From positions 224,001 through 288,000 of the forward strand of contig CAVSGI010000012.1 in NCBI GenBank assembly GCA_963727445.1: a stretch of 64,000 bases of DNA, given 5' to 3'. This DNA is from an uncultured delta proteobacterium. GTDB lineage: Bacteria > Myxococcota_A > Polyangia > Polyangiales > B10-G4. The notes below the pieces were generated by a model that worked only from the letters and a program-made list of their open reading frames with translations, made no database searches and was not told the origin of the DNA. Positions within the stretch are counted from its first letter, which is position 1; each line of letters starts with the position of its first letter. A program made the translations under genes and the position numbers. This document shows positions 28,416-38,364 of this stretch, one piece after another.

Positions 28416-29018
28416 TCAGAGCTGCGGCACCACCGCGGACTCGTCGTCTGCGGCGCAGGTGCGCTCCTCGAACCAGAAGACGCGCAGGGTCGTGGGGTCG
28501 AAGGCGTCCGACGCTGAGGAGCCTTCCGGGGAGAAGGCGACGTGGTCGGCGAAGAGGGTGGGGAGCGGGTACTGCGTGACGCCCTCACCTTCGTCGACGC
28601 GCTGCGGACCCGAGGCCGTCACGAGAGCCCGCGTGGGACCGGTGAGCTCCATCGTCGAGCCGCTGAACTTCGCGGACCAGTACTCCAGGTTGTACTCGCC
28701 GAAGAGCGAACGGTAGATGTAGAAGCTCGGCGCATCCGGGGCGTCGCTCGCCTCCACGAGATTAGGCACTTCGTTCGCCACCTCGAAGCGCACGCATCCC
28801 GAAGCCATCTTCACGAAGACCTCTCCCTGGGCCTGCAGCGTTTCGATCAGCTCGGCGCGGTCGTCGGCTTCGGTGCGCGCGGCTTCCGCGGGCGTGACTT
28901 CCTCGCCCTCACCGCGGGCCGATTCGGGCGCCGTGTCCTGCGCCTGGCTCCCACCACACCCGGCGGCCAGACACGCGATCAGCACTGCTCCCCAGAAGTA
29001 ATGCGTCGAGCGCTTCAT
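28416..29018 (-). CDS. Hypothetical lipoprotein
   Basis: Lipobox LAAGC; tight operon-like spacing. Confidence 0.7.
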   Translation of the reverse strand: MKRSTHYFWGAVLIACLAAGCGGSQAQDTAPESARGEGEEVTPAEAARTEADDRAELIETLQAQGEVFVKMASGCVRFEVANEVPNLVEASDAPDAPSFYIYRSLFGEYNLEYWSAKFSGSTMELTGPTRALVTASGPQRVDEGEGVTQYPLPTLFADHVAFSPEGSSASDAFDPTTLRVFWFEERTCAADDESAVVPQL

Positions 29019-29021
29019 CCT

Positions 29022-30323
29022 TCAGCGATCCTCCCTCTGTACGTCGTGCTCCCGCAAGTACCCGCCAAAGCGCTCGCGGATCCCCTCGGCGGTGAGGCCC
29101 CATTGGGCGGCCGAGTAGTGATGTTTGCCGTTCTTGTTGCGCGGGTGGTCCGCGACCTTCGCGCGTACGGCCGCCTCGGCCTCGTCGGACCAGGGGTCAC
29201 CGAAATGTTCGGCGATGCGGCGGACCATCGCGACCGGATCTTCCACGAATGCGTGGTAGTCGACGTCGAGGATGTGGTCGTCGGGGATCCGGGGGCGCTG
29301 CTCGGTGGCGGCGTCCAGGTAGTGCGAGAAGCGGTCGAGGATCTTCTGGCCGACGGCGTTGGGGTCGTAGCTGCCGTAATAGGTGCGGTGATGGATGGCC
29401 GAGAGGCTGCAGTACGAAGAAACCGAGGTGGCCGGGTCGCGATGCATGAAGACGATGCGCGCCTCGGGGATCGCCTGGTGCAGGGCCTCGATGCAGGGCG
29501 TGTGGCTGGGGTCCTTGAGGACGAGGCCCCGGTCGCGAAAGGTGCTGACGTACTCGAGGATGGCGCGGTAGTCGCCGTAGGGCTCACGCATGTCACACGC
29601 GTCGAGCCACGCGACGTACGTCGGGACATCCAGGACGACGCCCCACGCGTGGCTGCGCATCGCGCTCGACATGGCGAGCCAACATTCTTCCGGGGCATCG
29701 CCCCGAAAAGGGTGGATGACCTCGAGCTCTGGGCTGACGAAGGCAGCCGACCGAGCCATGCGTCGCGCCTCGGCTTCGCGGCCGGGCTCAGGCACGGGAC
29801 AGAGCAGCTCGTAGGTCGAGAGGCCCTCCCGGTTCGGGAGGGCCGACAGGAGGTTGTGCATGAACGTGGTGCCGGTCCGGAACAGGCCCGTGACGAAGTA
29901 CGGCGGGCGTTTGAAGCCCATACCCTCGGGCGGGTTGGCGAGGGCGCGGCGCATCTTCAAGCGGGTCAGGTGGTAGCGAAGGAGAATGTCCACCATCGCG
30001 ATGCGGCCGAGGAAGTTGCAGGTGTAGTCGGCCAGGTCCTTCTCGAGGAGCTCGCCGGCGCGCTCGTAGTCTGGGGTGAGGCCCCAGTCGCTGAACCCGA
30101 CTTTGCGCTCGGCCGTTCGCCTCAGGCCCTCGATGGTGATCGGCCGGCGATCGCTGCCGCCGACGAAGAAGCCGCCGACCGCATCGACCACGCGCAGCGG
30201 TGCGCGAAGGTGCGGCCTGTTGACGGTGTTGGTGGGGGGCGTGGCCCGGCTCATTCGCGGGCGGAGCGTACCATTTGGTCGCCGCAGCACGGACCCTAAC
30301 AGACGTGGTAGCAAGGAGAGCAT
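29022..30323 (-). CDS. Sulfotransferase family protein (Sulfotransfer_3-like); start uncertain
   Basis: 5'-PSB motif FVTGLFRTGTT; LVLKDPSH; HRDPATSVSS. Confidence 0.85.
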   Translation of the reverse strand: MLSLLPRLLGSVLRRPNGTLRPRMSRATPPTNTVNRPHLRAPLRVVDAVGGFFVGGSDRRPITIEGLRRTAERKVGFSDWGLTPDYERAGELLEKDLADYTCNFLGRIAMVDILLRYHLTRLKMRRALANPPEGMGFKRPPYFVTGLFRTGTTFMHNLLSALPNREGLSTYELLCPVPEPGREAEARRMARSAAFVSPELEVIHPFRGDAPEECWLAMSSAMRSHAWGVVLDVPTYVAWLDACDMREPYGDYRAILEYVSTFRDRGLVLKDPSHTPCIEALHQAIPEARIVFMHRDPATSVSSYCSLSAIHHRTYYGSYDPNAVGQKILDRFSHYLDAATEQRPRIPDDHILDVDYHAFVEDPVAMVRRIAEHFGDPWSDEAEAAVRAKVADHPRNKNGKHHYSAAQWGLTAEGIRERFGGYLREHDVQREDR

Positions 30324-30508
30324 GACGTTGGACCCCAAACCCGCGGACTCGCCGGGGATCCCCATCAAGCCGAGATCCGTCGCGTCGAACGCCTGCGGCA
30401 CCTCCGTTCCATCGAGTCGGTTCCGAAGGTCGTACTCGACGCCGAAAAAGAATCACAGTTGATGGAAGCGGTTCGCATGCTCATCGCGCTGCCCGACGAA
30501 GAAACGCA

Positions 30509-31750
30509 ATGACAGAGGGTGCGCCGAGCGAAGCACCGCGCACCGGTCCGCGTACTTCGCTCGCCTGGGACGTCGCGCCCGGAACGCTCCTCGCCGGTAT
30601 GGCGGGTGGGCTGGTGTTTCCCATCCTCCCGATCGTGGCGATGGAGCACGGCCTGTCGCTTCCGTTCATCGGCGTGATCCTCGCCGCTAACCGTGCGGTG
30701 CGCGTCGTCTCGAGCCCCTTCGTCGGCTCCTTCGCGGACCGATTCGGCGCGCGACGCATGCTGCTCTTCGGCCTCGCCGTACAGACGGTGGTGCTCGCGC
30801 TCTTCGGCCTCGGCGACGTGACGGGCATCGTCGGGCCGTTCTTCCTCGCGGGCCGCCTGCTCCACGGCCTCAGCTCGGCCTCCGTGTTCATCGCGGCCCA
30901 GGCGCTCGCGCTGCATGCGGGCGGCGCCGCGCAAGGCGGGCGTGCCGCCGGGACCGTGCGCGCGTCCATCGTCCTCGGCGTGCCCATCGGGCTGGCGGCG
31001 GGCGGCCTGCTCTCGGAGGCGATCGGTGATGCGATGACATTTGCCGTCGCGGGGTGCGCGGTGCTCGTGGCGCTGGTGGTGGCGTCCGTCCGCGTGCCCG
31101 ACCTGCGCTCTCCTTTCGAGCGAGACACATCCTTTCGCGAGACGCTCCGCGCCATGCGCGATCGGCGCCTGGTCGCCATCGGCGTCCTCAACATGATCCT
31201 CAACTTCGCGTTCGGGGGCATGATCCTCGCGACGATCGCGCTGTTGGTGCACGCCCGCGATCTCTCGGTGCTCGGGCGCAACGAGCAGGGGACGGCGGGC
31301 CTGCTGATGGCGCTCGCGATCACCGTCGACGCGGCCACGACGCCCCTCGCCGGGCGCATCGGCGATCGGTGGCGAGCGCACGCGCGGGTCGCCACCGTGG
31401 CGATGCTGCTGGTCGTGGCCGGCCTCGCCGTCGTCGGCTCCTCCGCGCACGTCGGGGGCGTGGCGGCAGGCCTCGTTCTCATCGGGCTCGGGGCCGCGGG
31501 GCTGGGCCCCTCGCTGCTCGTCCTGATGGGCGCGCTCGTGCCGCGCGAACGACGCGGAACAGCGGTCGGATTGCTGCAGCTCTGTGGCGACGCCGGCGGC
31601 GTCCTCGGGCCCATCGTCGGCACCGCGCTCCTGCCGCACGACGTCGGCATCCCCTACATCGCCACCGCCGGGGTCGTCGCGTGCTTCGTGCCGCTCGCGG
31701 CGTGGCTGGCGCGCGTCGAGGCCCGAGGGCCCGACAGCGCTCAGAAGTAG
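30509..31750 (+). CDS. MFS transporter
   Basis: About 12 hydrophobic segments; motif A GSFADRFGAR and GRIGDRWR. Confidence 0.9.
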   Translation: MTEGAPSEAPRTGPRTSLAWDVAPGTLLAGMAGGLVFPILPIVAMEHGLSLPFIGVILAANRAVRVVSSPFVGSFADRFGARRMLLFGLAVQTVVLALFGLGDVTGIVGPFFLAGRLLHGLSSASVFIAAQALALHAGGAAQGGRAAGTVRASIVLGVPIGLAAGGLLSEAIGDAMTFAVAGCAVLVALVVASVRVPDLRSPFERDTSFRETLRAMRDRRLVAIGVLNMILNFAFGGMILATIALLVHARDLSVLGRNEQGTAGLLMALAITVDAATTPLAGRIGDRWRAHARVATVAMLLVVAGLAVVGSSAHVGGVAAGLVLIGLGAAGLGPSLLVLMGALVPRERRGTAVGLLQLCGDAGGVLGPIVGTALLPHDVGIPYIATAGVVACFVPLAAWLARVEARGPDSAQK

Positions 31751-31756
31751 GCGGCC

Positions 31757-32014
31757 TCAGCCGGCCAGCGACGTGCGTCCTCGCTCCGCGCGCTCCTTAC
31801 ACAGCTGGTGGACGAGACTTCGGAGCCTCGAAACCGTTTCTTCGTTGGGGGTCTCGGAGGAGGCGAGGGCGATGACGACGCCATCGGCGTCGGCGGATGC
31901 GATGCGGCGAACGGCGGCGTCGCTCATCTGCGCGACGGCTTGTGCGGCGCGCTTTTCGAGGTCGGGGAGGTCCATGGGGAGTACTGCTTTGGTGGCGGGG
32001 GAGGGCTCGGACAT
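31757..32014 (-). CDS. Small hypothetical protein
   Basis: ATG ORF convergent on the MFS gene; high GC3. Confidence 0.45.
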   Translation of the reverse strand: MSEPSPATKAVLPMDLPDLEKRAAQAVAQMSDAAVRRIASADADGVVIALASSETPNEETVSRLRSLVHQLCKERAERGRTSLAG

Positions 32015-32177
32015 TCAACCAGGCGGCCACGGCACGGATGCGGGGGCCTCTTGAATGTGAGACGTCTCGGCATTGGGGGTTGTTCCCCTGGCGAACCGGC
32101 GCGCGCATCGCTGACCCGGGGGACGACGCCAACAGTCTTCGTGCGCTAGAGGACTGCGTGCTGGGGAGCTGAGGTCT

Positions 32178-33206
32178 TCAGCTCGGCTTCTGCAGGAGGA
32201 CGACCTTGTAGGTGTCCTCGCGCGTCGTCATGTTGTTGTAGAGACGCGTGCCGGGGTGGCGGGAGAAGTTCTTGAGGGCCACCTCGGCGACGGCGCGCTG
32301 GCGCGGGCCGAGGAGGGGCATACGGAACGCGTAGAACCGCTCGAGGAGGTTCTCGACGTAGGTGTTCAGGCGCGCCTCGTCGTCGTCGCGTGCCTTGATC
32401 GCTTCTTCGGTGACGTCGTGCGCTTCGACCAGCTTCAGGCCGATGTCTTCGAGGGCCTCGAAGCACGGATCCCAGGTGACGTCGGGGATCGCGTTTCCCC
32501 ACACCATGTAGCCGCCGGGCTTGAGCGTGGAGTGCGCCTGCGCGAAGAAACGCCGGTCCTCGTCGGTGACGACGCCGGGGTACTCGGTGACATGGGTCTC
32601 GCATACGGCGAGCAGGTCCGCCGACTTCGGCGGGATCGCGAGCTTCGTCGCGTCGCCGTGTCGCGGACGAAGGCGACCGCGCAACTCGGACTCGAACTTG
32701 CGCTTGCACGTGCGAATCGCAGCCTGCTGCATGTCGATCGCTTCGTAGGTGCAATCGGGAAGGACGTTCTTGCAGACGTGGTGAGCTCCGGCGCCGGTGC
32801 CGCAGCCCATCTCGACCACGTGCACCTTGCCCCCGCGCTCGGCCACGTAGTCCCGCACGGCGTCGCGCGCGTAGAGACCGGTGTAAGCGTTCTTGCCGAA
32901 GCGCTGCGGGTCGCGATCACTGTTCGGCGGCTCGCCCCAACCCTCGGGCCAGGCATAGCCCCACGTGTTGAAGGTGAACTCGTAGTGGGTGCCGTGTTCG
33001 TCGGGTACCGTGCCCATCGTGCGGTAGAGCGCGTAGAGCAGCGAGTAGATCGACCGCTTGTCGTAGTCGTCTTCCGAGACGTCCCCATCATCGATGGCGA
33101 TCTTGCCGCGAATCAAGCCAGAGCTGAGAACCCAACCTCCGACGAGAAGCTGGAGCTGGCGTGGTGTGTAATCGGTGTCGGCATCGAGGGCCGTCAGTAG
33201 GTCCAT
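32178..33206 (-). CDS. Class I SAM-dependent methyltransferase
   Basis: Motif I VVEMGCGTGAG; GDATKL; LKPGG. Confidence 0.88.
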   Translation of the reverse strand: MDLLTALDADTDYTPRQLQLLVGGWVLSSGLIRGKIAIDDGDVSEDDYDKRSIYSLLYALYRTMGTVPDEHGTHYEFTFNTWGYAWPEGWGEPPNSDRDPQRFGKNAYTGLYARDAVRDYVAERGGKVHVVEMGCGTGAGAHHVCKNVLPDCTYEAIDMQQAAIRTCKRKFESELRGRLRPRHGDATKLAIPPKSADLLAVCETHVTEYPGVVTDEDRRFFAQAHSTLKPGGYMVWGNAIPDVTWDPCFEALEDIGLKLVEAHDVTEEAIKARDDDEARLNTYVENLLERFYAFRMPLLGPRQRAVAEVALKNFSRHPGTRLYNNMTTREDTYKVVLLQKPS

Positions 33207-33324
33207 GGGCCGGAGAGGTACCACGAATGGGGGGCTCGGCCGCTCATTAAGCGGACCTGCCTACGCGTCCAGAATTGTCTCGTTTTTTCAGGGGAAAGGT
33301 GGCCCCGTCGGCGCCGAAGCGTCC

Positions 33325-34485
33325 TCACGAGCCGAGGCGACCCTCGATCGAGAGCGTCCGGATGGTGTCGATGATGGGGCCTGAAGCGGAGAGGGTCTCG
33401 ACCAGCGGGACGGAACCGTTCCCCACGTCGACGGCCACGGCGAAGGTGACGCCGATGTCGGGGAGGTAGCCGACGAAGGTGCGCGCGCCGTCGCCGTTCC
33501 CCGCGCCGGCCAGGAGGGGGCCGATGTCCGAGTCGTGTGCGACGACCAGGCCGAGTCCATATCCGCCGGTCTCGAAGCCGAAGGCCTGGGCGACGGTGTT
33601 CAAGAGCATGCCACCGGCGGTGGTCTGCGCGAGGGCCAGGGTCTCGGGGCGGTGCAGCTTGCCGCCGAAGAACGCGCGCGCCCACTTGCGGAGGTCGTCG
33701 AGGGTGGTGACCCACGCGCTGCCATCCGCGGGGTATCCGGCGGTGAAGGGAACGGGAGCGAGGCTGCCATCGTGCGCGATGTATCCGGTCCAGAGCTCCG
33801 CAGCGTCGCCAGCGGACCGAACATGCGTCGAACGCATGTCGAGCGGCGCGAAGTAGCGCTCCTCGAGCTCGTCCTCGACACGTCGCCCGATGAGGTCCTC
33901 GACGATCAGGCCGAGAAGAACGTAGCCCGTGTTGCTGTAGTTCCAGCCCGTGCCGGGCTCGAAGTCGAAGGGCTCGGTGACCGAGAGCTCCACGAGCTCG
34001 CGATAGCTGAATGCATGAAGTGGGTCGGCGGCGACCGCCTCGTTGTACGCGTCGATCTTCGTGTAGTTCGGGATCCCCGACGTGTGTTGAAGGAGCATCC
34101 GCAGCGTGACCGCGTCTCCGTTGGGCACGAAGTCCACGTAGGCGCTCACCGGATCGTCCACATCGAGCACACCCTCCTCGTGGAGGGTCAGGACGAGTGC
34201 GCCCATGAAGGTCTTACCGGCGCTCGCGGTTCGAATTTCGGTCACACCGTCGATGGGGCGCGCGCTTTCGAGGTCCGCCACACCTCGCGTGGTGCTCCAC
34301 GCGTGCCCGTCGGCGTCAGTAACGAGCATCACTGTGCCGGCAGCGCCCTGTTCCTCGTGGGTCGTGTCGGCGGCCTGTTCGAACGCCGCTGTGATGTCCG
34401 TATCAAAGGACGAGTCCTGGCATCCGACGACGACGACGCAGGTGATCAGCGCGACGCGGCGCGCTGGAACGAGAGCTTTGATCAT
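33325..34485 (-). CDS. Serine hydrolase (beta-lactamase/PBP family) lipoprotein
   Basis: SxxK (SAGK), LLQHTSG, YSN; lipobox VVVGC. Confidence 0.9.
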   Translation of the reverse strand: MIKALVPARRVALITCVVVVGCQDSSFDTDITAAFEQAADTTHEEQGAAGTVMLVTDADGHAWSTTRGVADLESARPIDGVTEIRTASAGKTFMGALVLTLHEEGVLDVDDPVSAYVDFVPNGDAVTLRMLLQHTSGIPNYTKIDAYNEAVAADPLHAFSYRELVELSVTEPFDFEPGTGWNYSNTGYVLLGLIVEDLIGRRVEDELEERYFAPLDMRSTHVRSAGDAAELWTGYIAHDGSLAPVPFTAGYPADGSAWVTTLDDLRKWARAFFGGKLHRPETLALAQTTAGGMLLNTVAQAFGFETGGYGLGLVVAHDSDIGPLLAGAGNGDGARTFVGYLPDIGVTFAVAVDVGNGSVPLVETLSASGPIIDTIRTLSIEGRLGS

Positions 34486-34606
34486 GATGGCCTCCACCGG
34501 GTAGTGCCCGGAGGCCACCAAAGTGTTCGTGGATGACGTCGGAACTTTTTCTCCCCAAGAGACTCGGTACTTCCGTGTCTGGAGATGCAAAGGGAGAGGT
34601 CGATAG

Positions 34607-35209
34607 ATGAATAGCGAAGCGTCCGGATTGATCGATATCCGTGCCCTGGCCGCGGCCAGTCGGAAAGAGCCGAGCGTGCGTCAGCAGCCCGAGTCCTGGG
34701 ACGCCGAATCGGTCGACGCGCTGCTGGGCATCGGAACGGGCGCGCCGGTCGGCACTCTGGCATCGCCGATGCTCGGTCCGGCCGCGCCTCGCCGCGATCG
34801 CTCCGTGACCATCGCGCTCTCAGCGCTGATCGCCACCGTCGTGCTGGCAGTCGCAGCCGTCGCCATCGTCGCCCTGCAGCGGGGGGATGGCCCGGCCGCG
34901 TCCGAAGACACGGCAGGCACTGGACCGATCACCGCCGCCCTCGAGCCTGCGCCGAAACAGGCCGAGCCCGCGCTCGAGCCGCCCGAAGCTGCGCCGGTGG
35001 AGGCCGCGCCAGCGCCAGTGGCAGAGACGCCAGCGGTTTCGGTCGATGGGCCGCGTCATCATCCCCGTCGCCATCGTCCCCGACATCGCAACACGCATGC
35101 GATGCAGCGATCGGAAGCCCAGGCCCCCGTGGCCCCTCCGGCTCCGGCTCGTCCCCCGAGCCGCGACCGCACCCTCGAGCAGCTCCTCGATCGAGCCGTT
35201 GGGCGATAG
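34607..35209 (+). CDS. Membrane-anchored Pro-rich protein with SGLIDIR motif (AgmX/GltJ-like fragment)
   Basis: NSEASGLIDIRAL, TM helix, Pro/Ala-rich tail ending LEQLLDRAVGR. Confidence 0.55.
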   Translation: MNSEASGLIDIRALAAASRKEPSVRQQPESWDAESVDALLGIGTGAPVGTLASPMLGPAAPRRDRSVTIALSALIATVVLAVAAVAIVALQRGDGPAASEDTAGTGPITAALEPAPKQAEPALEPPEAAPVEAAPAPVAETPAVSVDGPRHHPRRHRPRHRNTHAMQRSEAQAPVAPPAPARPPSRDRTLEQLLDRAVGR

Positions 35210-35378
35210 GCTCTCGAGCTGGACGCGCGCAGTCATCTGCGGCGGGGAAGCGCGCTGCTGTGGACCGGCCTCTCGCTGACGCTGAGCGCGGGAGCCAGCT
35301 TCGCGGCCTTCCGATGGTGGCGGCGTTCGTTGGACGACGAAGTTCTGAGCACACCCCGGTGGGGTGACTGACGGGTCT

Positions 35379-35897
35379 TCAGAACGCGCCCGTGAGCATC
35401 ACGCGGCCGCCGTTCGGGCCCGCGCTGACCTCTACGTTCAGTCGCGCGCTCTCGTTTTCGCGAATCTCGTCGCGGACGCGATCGGCCCCGCTGATCGAGA
35501 GGCCGGAGACGACGAGGGAGAGCACGCCCAGAAACATGGAGCCCACGCTGATGGAGTTGATCAGACGGGCCTCGTCGACGCACTCCGGCGTCGAGGTGTC
35601 GCAGACCAGCCCGTCCCAGGTCGCGGTGGCGGCGACGAGCGTCGCGATACCGCCGACCATCAACGTGATGCCGGTGACGCCGAAGATCATCGCGCGGCGC
35701 TCGTACTTCGCGAGCGCGTCGTTCAGCTCAGCGGCGGACATGGCCGGCTCGGCCTCGTCGTCGTCGCAGTCGCCTGCGCACTCTTCCTGTGCGTCCTGGG
35801 CCCGAACGAGGCTCGGCAGAGACGCGCCCATGGCGAGCGCGATGGCGACGACGAAGGCGAGATGGCGCGCGAGTCGAGCCTGTGCAGGGAGAGCCAC
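35379..35897 (-). CDS. Hypothetical membrane/secreted protein
   Basis: Signal-like N-terminus, two hydrophobic helices, C-terminal beta strand ending in Phe (VMLTGAF). Confidence 0.6.
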   Translation of the reverse strand: MALPAQARLARHLAFVVAIALAMGASLPSLVRAQDAQEECAGDCDDDEAEPAMSAAELNDALAKYERRAMIFGVTGITLMVGGIATLVAATATWDGLVCDTSTPECVDEARLINSISVGSMFLGVLSLVVSGLSISGADRVRDEIRENESARLNVEVSAGPNGGRVMLTGAF

Positions 35898-35950
35898 GAC
35901 GGGAAAATATACCCGCGGCTCGGAGGGGTGCAATCGACCCCGCTTGGCCG

Positions 35951-36166
35951 TCACTCTGAAGGATATTGCAAACCATTCCCCTTCTCGCGCGGGCGAAAGA
36001 CGGCACCGAAGAGGAGGGCGCTCGCCCACGCTGTGATGGGAAGGATCATCCCGGCGGCACCCTCGGGGCCGCGCCCGAGGAAGACCGTGTCGTACAGAGT
36101 GCTGACGGAAGCGATGGCGAGCAGCCCGAAGAGCACGACGCCGTAGAGCTTTGGATGCAGATGCAT
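35951..36166 (-). CDS. Small two-TM membrane protein
   Basis: MHLHPKLYGVVLFGLLAIA..; two hydrophobic segments. Confidence 0.4.
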   Translation of the reverse strand: MHLHPKLYGVVLFGLLAIASVSTLYDTVFLGRGPEGAAGMILPITAWASALLFGAVFRPREKGNGLQYPSE

Positions 36167-36277
36167 TCGGAGAGGGAATGCGAAGTACGTGCCGTGGTGA
36201 AAGCGGGCGGTTGTCGCTCCTTCGAAGCGAAGGCGGGCGCGGTGCACGGGGCGCAACTCACCGGCGAGCCGTTTTCC

Positions 36278-36616
36278 TCACCCGGGCTCGGTCCGCGAAA
36301 GGCGGCGGGTTCGCAGCAGCAGGAAGAGCGGGAACGCGCTCGCGAGGGCCACGAGGGCGGCGTACGGGATGAAGAGCCACGCGAAGCGCATACCGATGCG
36401 CCGGCCCTCCACCACGACCCAGACGCTGAAGCAGAGGAAGACGACGGTGATGTCGAGGGAGATCGAGGTGGAGGCCGCGTTGGCCATCGAGGCGCGGACG
36501 AAGTCGAAGGCGCCGGTCGCATCGGAGGTCTGCATCCACTCGACGTTGTATCGCCAGGGAAGGATGACGCCGAGCACCGCGAGGAGGCCGTAGAACCACT
36601 GGAGCGCCGTCTTCAT
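36278..36616 (-). CDS. DUF2834-like membrane protein
   Basis: Y.LLAVLG..LPW, N.AS.SI.LD, E.RR.GM, AFPLFL pattern. Confidence 0.75.
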   Translation of the reverse strand: MKTALQWFYGLLAVLGVILPWRYNVEWMQTSDATGAFDFVRASMANAASTSISLDITVVFLCFSVWVVVEGRRIGMRFAWLFIPYAALVALASAFPLFLLLRTRRLSRTEPG

Positions 36617-36707
36617 GACCGTGAGCGTCGTACACACTCCAGCGTTTGGCGATGCGTCGTCGCAGAAAATCGGTCACGAAAGGGCCGCTCGTTGCCACAA
36701 TGAGTGC

Positions 36708-37208
36708 ATGACCTCCAATTTCCGAACGATCGTGGGCGTCGTGGCTCTGATGGCCGTGGTCGCACCCTCGACGGCGGCCGCCCGCGCCGTCTGCGGAAAG
36801 AGAGGGCCCGCCCTTCGTGCGGAGGTCGCCTCAGCGACCGCGGTCTTCCTCGCGCGCATCGAAGGGCCGGCGACTCCCGTCGGCGCGCTTCCCGCTGGTC
36901 ACCGCGGGGTCGTCGATGCGGACGTCTCCGTGGTGGTCACCCGCGTCTTCGCGGGCCCTGTTACCGTTGGTGAAACGGTGACCGTGCGCTGGAAAGGATG
37001 GAGCGAGCCGAGTGCAGGGCCGATCGCCGGTGGTTGCCGTGTGCCCGCCACCACGACCGGCGAGCGCTATCCGATGGAGGTGCTCATCATCGCTCACGGT
37101 ACGGAGGGCGCGATGGAGGTCGCCAACGACTCCACCTCGCAACTGGTCGGCGCCGCCAACCGCTCGCTGGTGCGCCGCGTCGCGCGCCTCGCGCGTCGTC
37201 GCCGCTGA
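36708..37208 (+). CDS. Secreted hypothetical protein (TIMP/NTR-like OB fold possible)
   Basis: Signal peptide, then C...ATAVFLARI...VTRVFAG...C. Confidence 0.55.
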   Translation: MTSNFRTIVGVVALMAVVAPSTAAARAVCGKRGPALRAEVASATAVFLARIEGPATPVGALPAGHRGVVDADVSVVVTRVFAGPVTVGETVTVRWKGWSEPSAGPIAGGCRVPATTTGERYPMEVLIIAHGTEGAMEVANDSTSQLVGAANRSLVRRVARLARRRR

Positions 37209-37244
37209 GCGACGGGGTGACCACCTGGAACGGACAGCGCGCCA

Positions 37245-38245
37245 TCAGCGCCGCCGCCGCATCGGGCTCGCGTCGTCGGCGCGCGCCTGCCAGGCGTCGG
37301 CCTCGGCGTTACGGTCCAGGGAGCGCAACGTGTTGGCGAGACCGGCCCAGGTGTGGCGATTGTCCGGCTGGAAGAGCAGGGCACGTCGCCACGCAGCCTC
37401 CGCTTCTTCGTAGCGCATGTGGGCCTGAAGCCGGACGGCCGACCGACGCTGCGCGCGGGCGCGTCGGGCGCGTGCGCGCGGGCCCAGGCGCCGGATGCCG
37501 GGAGGGATCTCCCGGTTCCTCGATGACGAACGCGGCGTCGGCGACCGGGGCGTCGAGGTTCGCGTCGGCGATCGCGGCATCGCCTGCATCGACGACGCCT
37601 GCGTCCGCGCCGGAGGTCCCCTCTGGGCTCGCGTCGTCGCTTGATGAAGCTGCGGCATCGGGGCTCGCTTCGGTCGCGGCGGCGGTGGTGGCGTCCACGT
37701 CTCCGGCGTCGGCGTCGACCATCTGGCTGCCCACCACCATCCGCGTCGACTCCTTCCAGGACGCCGATCCCATGACGACCACGATCGTCACGACGCCCAC
37801 GAGCAGCGCCACTCCGACGGCGAGGATGGCCACCGTCGTCGTGGTGCTCCGCCCGGGCAGGACGACGATTCTCGGACTTCTCCGGCGGGAGCGCGAAGGT
37901 GGTGTCGGGGTCGACCATCGGCCGCGGGGGAGGCGCCGCGACGAGGTCCAGAGGCACGCGCTCGGCGACAGTCCGCTCTTCCTCCGGCGGCCTATGGAGG
38001 GGCGCCGCGTCGGCGACAGTCCGCTCTTCCTCCGGCGGCGCAGAAAGAGGCGCCGCGTTGGCGACGGTTTGCTCTTCTTCGTCCGGAGCCAGCGGAGCGC
38101 TCGGGACGGCGTCCGTCAGCGTCCTCTCTTCCTCTGGGACGACGGGGGGCGCCTCTCCCAGCTGGCGAAGCTCTTCCTCCGTCAGCGCGCCCGTGAGCGA
38201 AAGGTCGATGGTCGTCGACTCTTCTTCGTCGTCTCGCTCCCCCAT
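37245..38245 (-). CDS. Membrane protein with C-terminal TPR; two frameshifts (near 37878 and 37510)
   Basis: Acidic repeat N-terminus, TM VAILAVGVALLVGVV, Asp/Ala linker and TPR (YEEAEAAWRRALLFQPDN) lie in successive frames. Confidence 0.65.
37960..38140 (-). repeat. 42-bp coding repeat (P.EE[R/Q]TVA.A.PL, about 4 units)
   Basis: gacagtccgctcttcctccggcgg recurs at a 42-nt period. Confidence 0.75.
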
Positions 38246-38364
38246 TCGCTCGCTCCCCGCGGAACCTCGTGCTTTCGGTGGCGTCCAACCCCCGATGGCT
38301 GAACCCTATCGGGTTCATTTGAATTTGGCACGAGCGACCCGAGTCACGCGATACTCGCTGGCGG

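Noticed and set aside
29022..34485. Secondary-metabolite cluster (sulfotransferase, MFS, methyltransferase, serine hydrolase)
   Set aside because: Mixed orientations and no core biosynthetic enzyme (PKS, NRPS, RiPP or terpene synthase)
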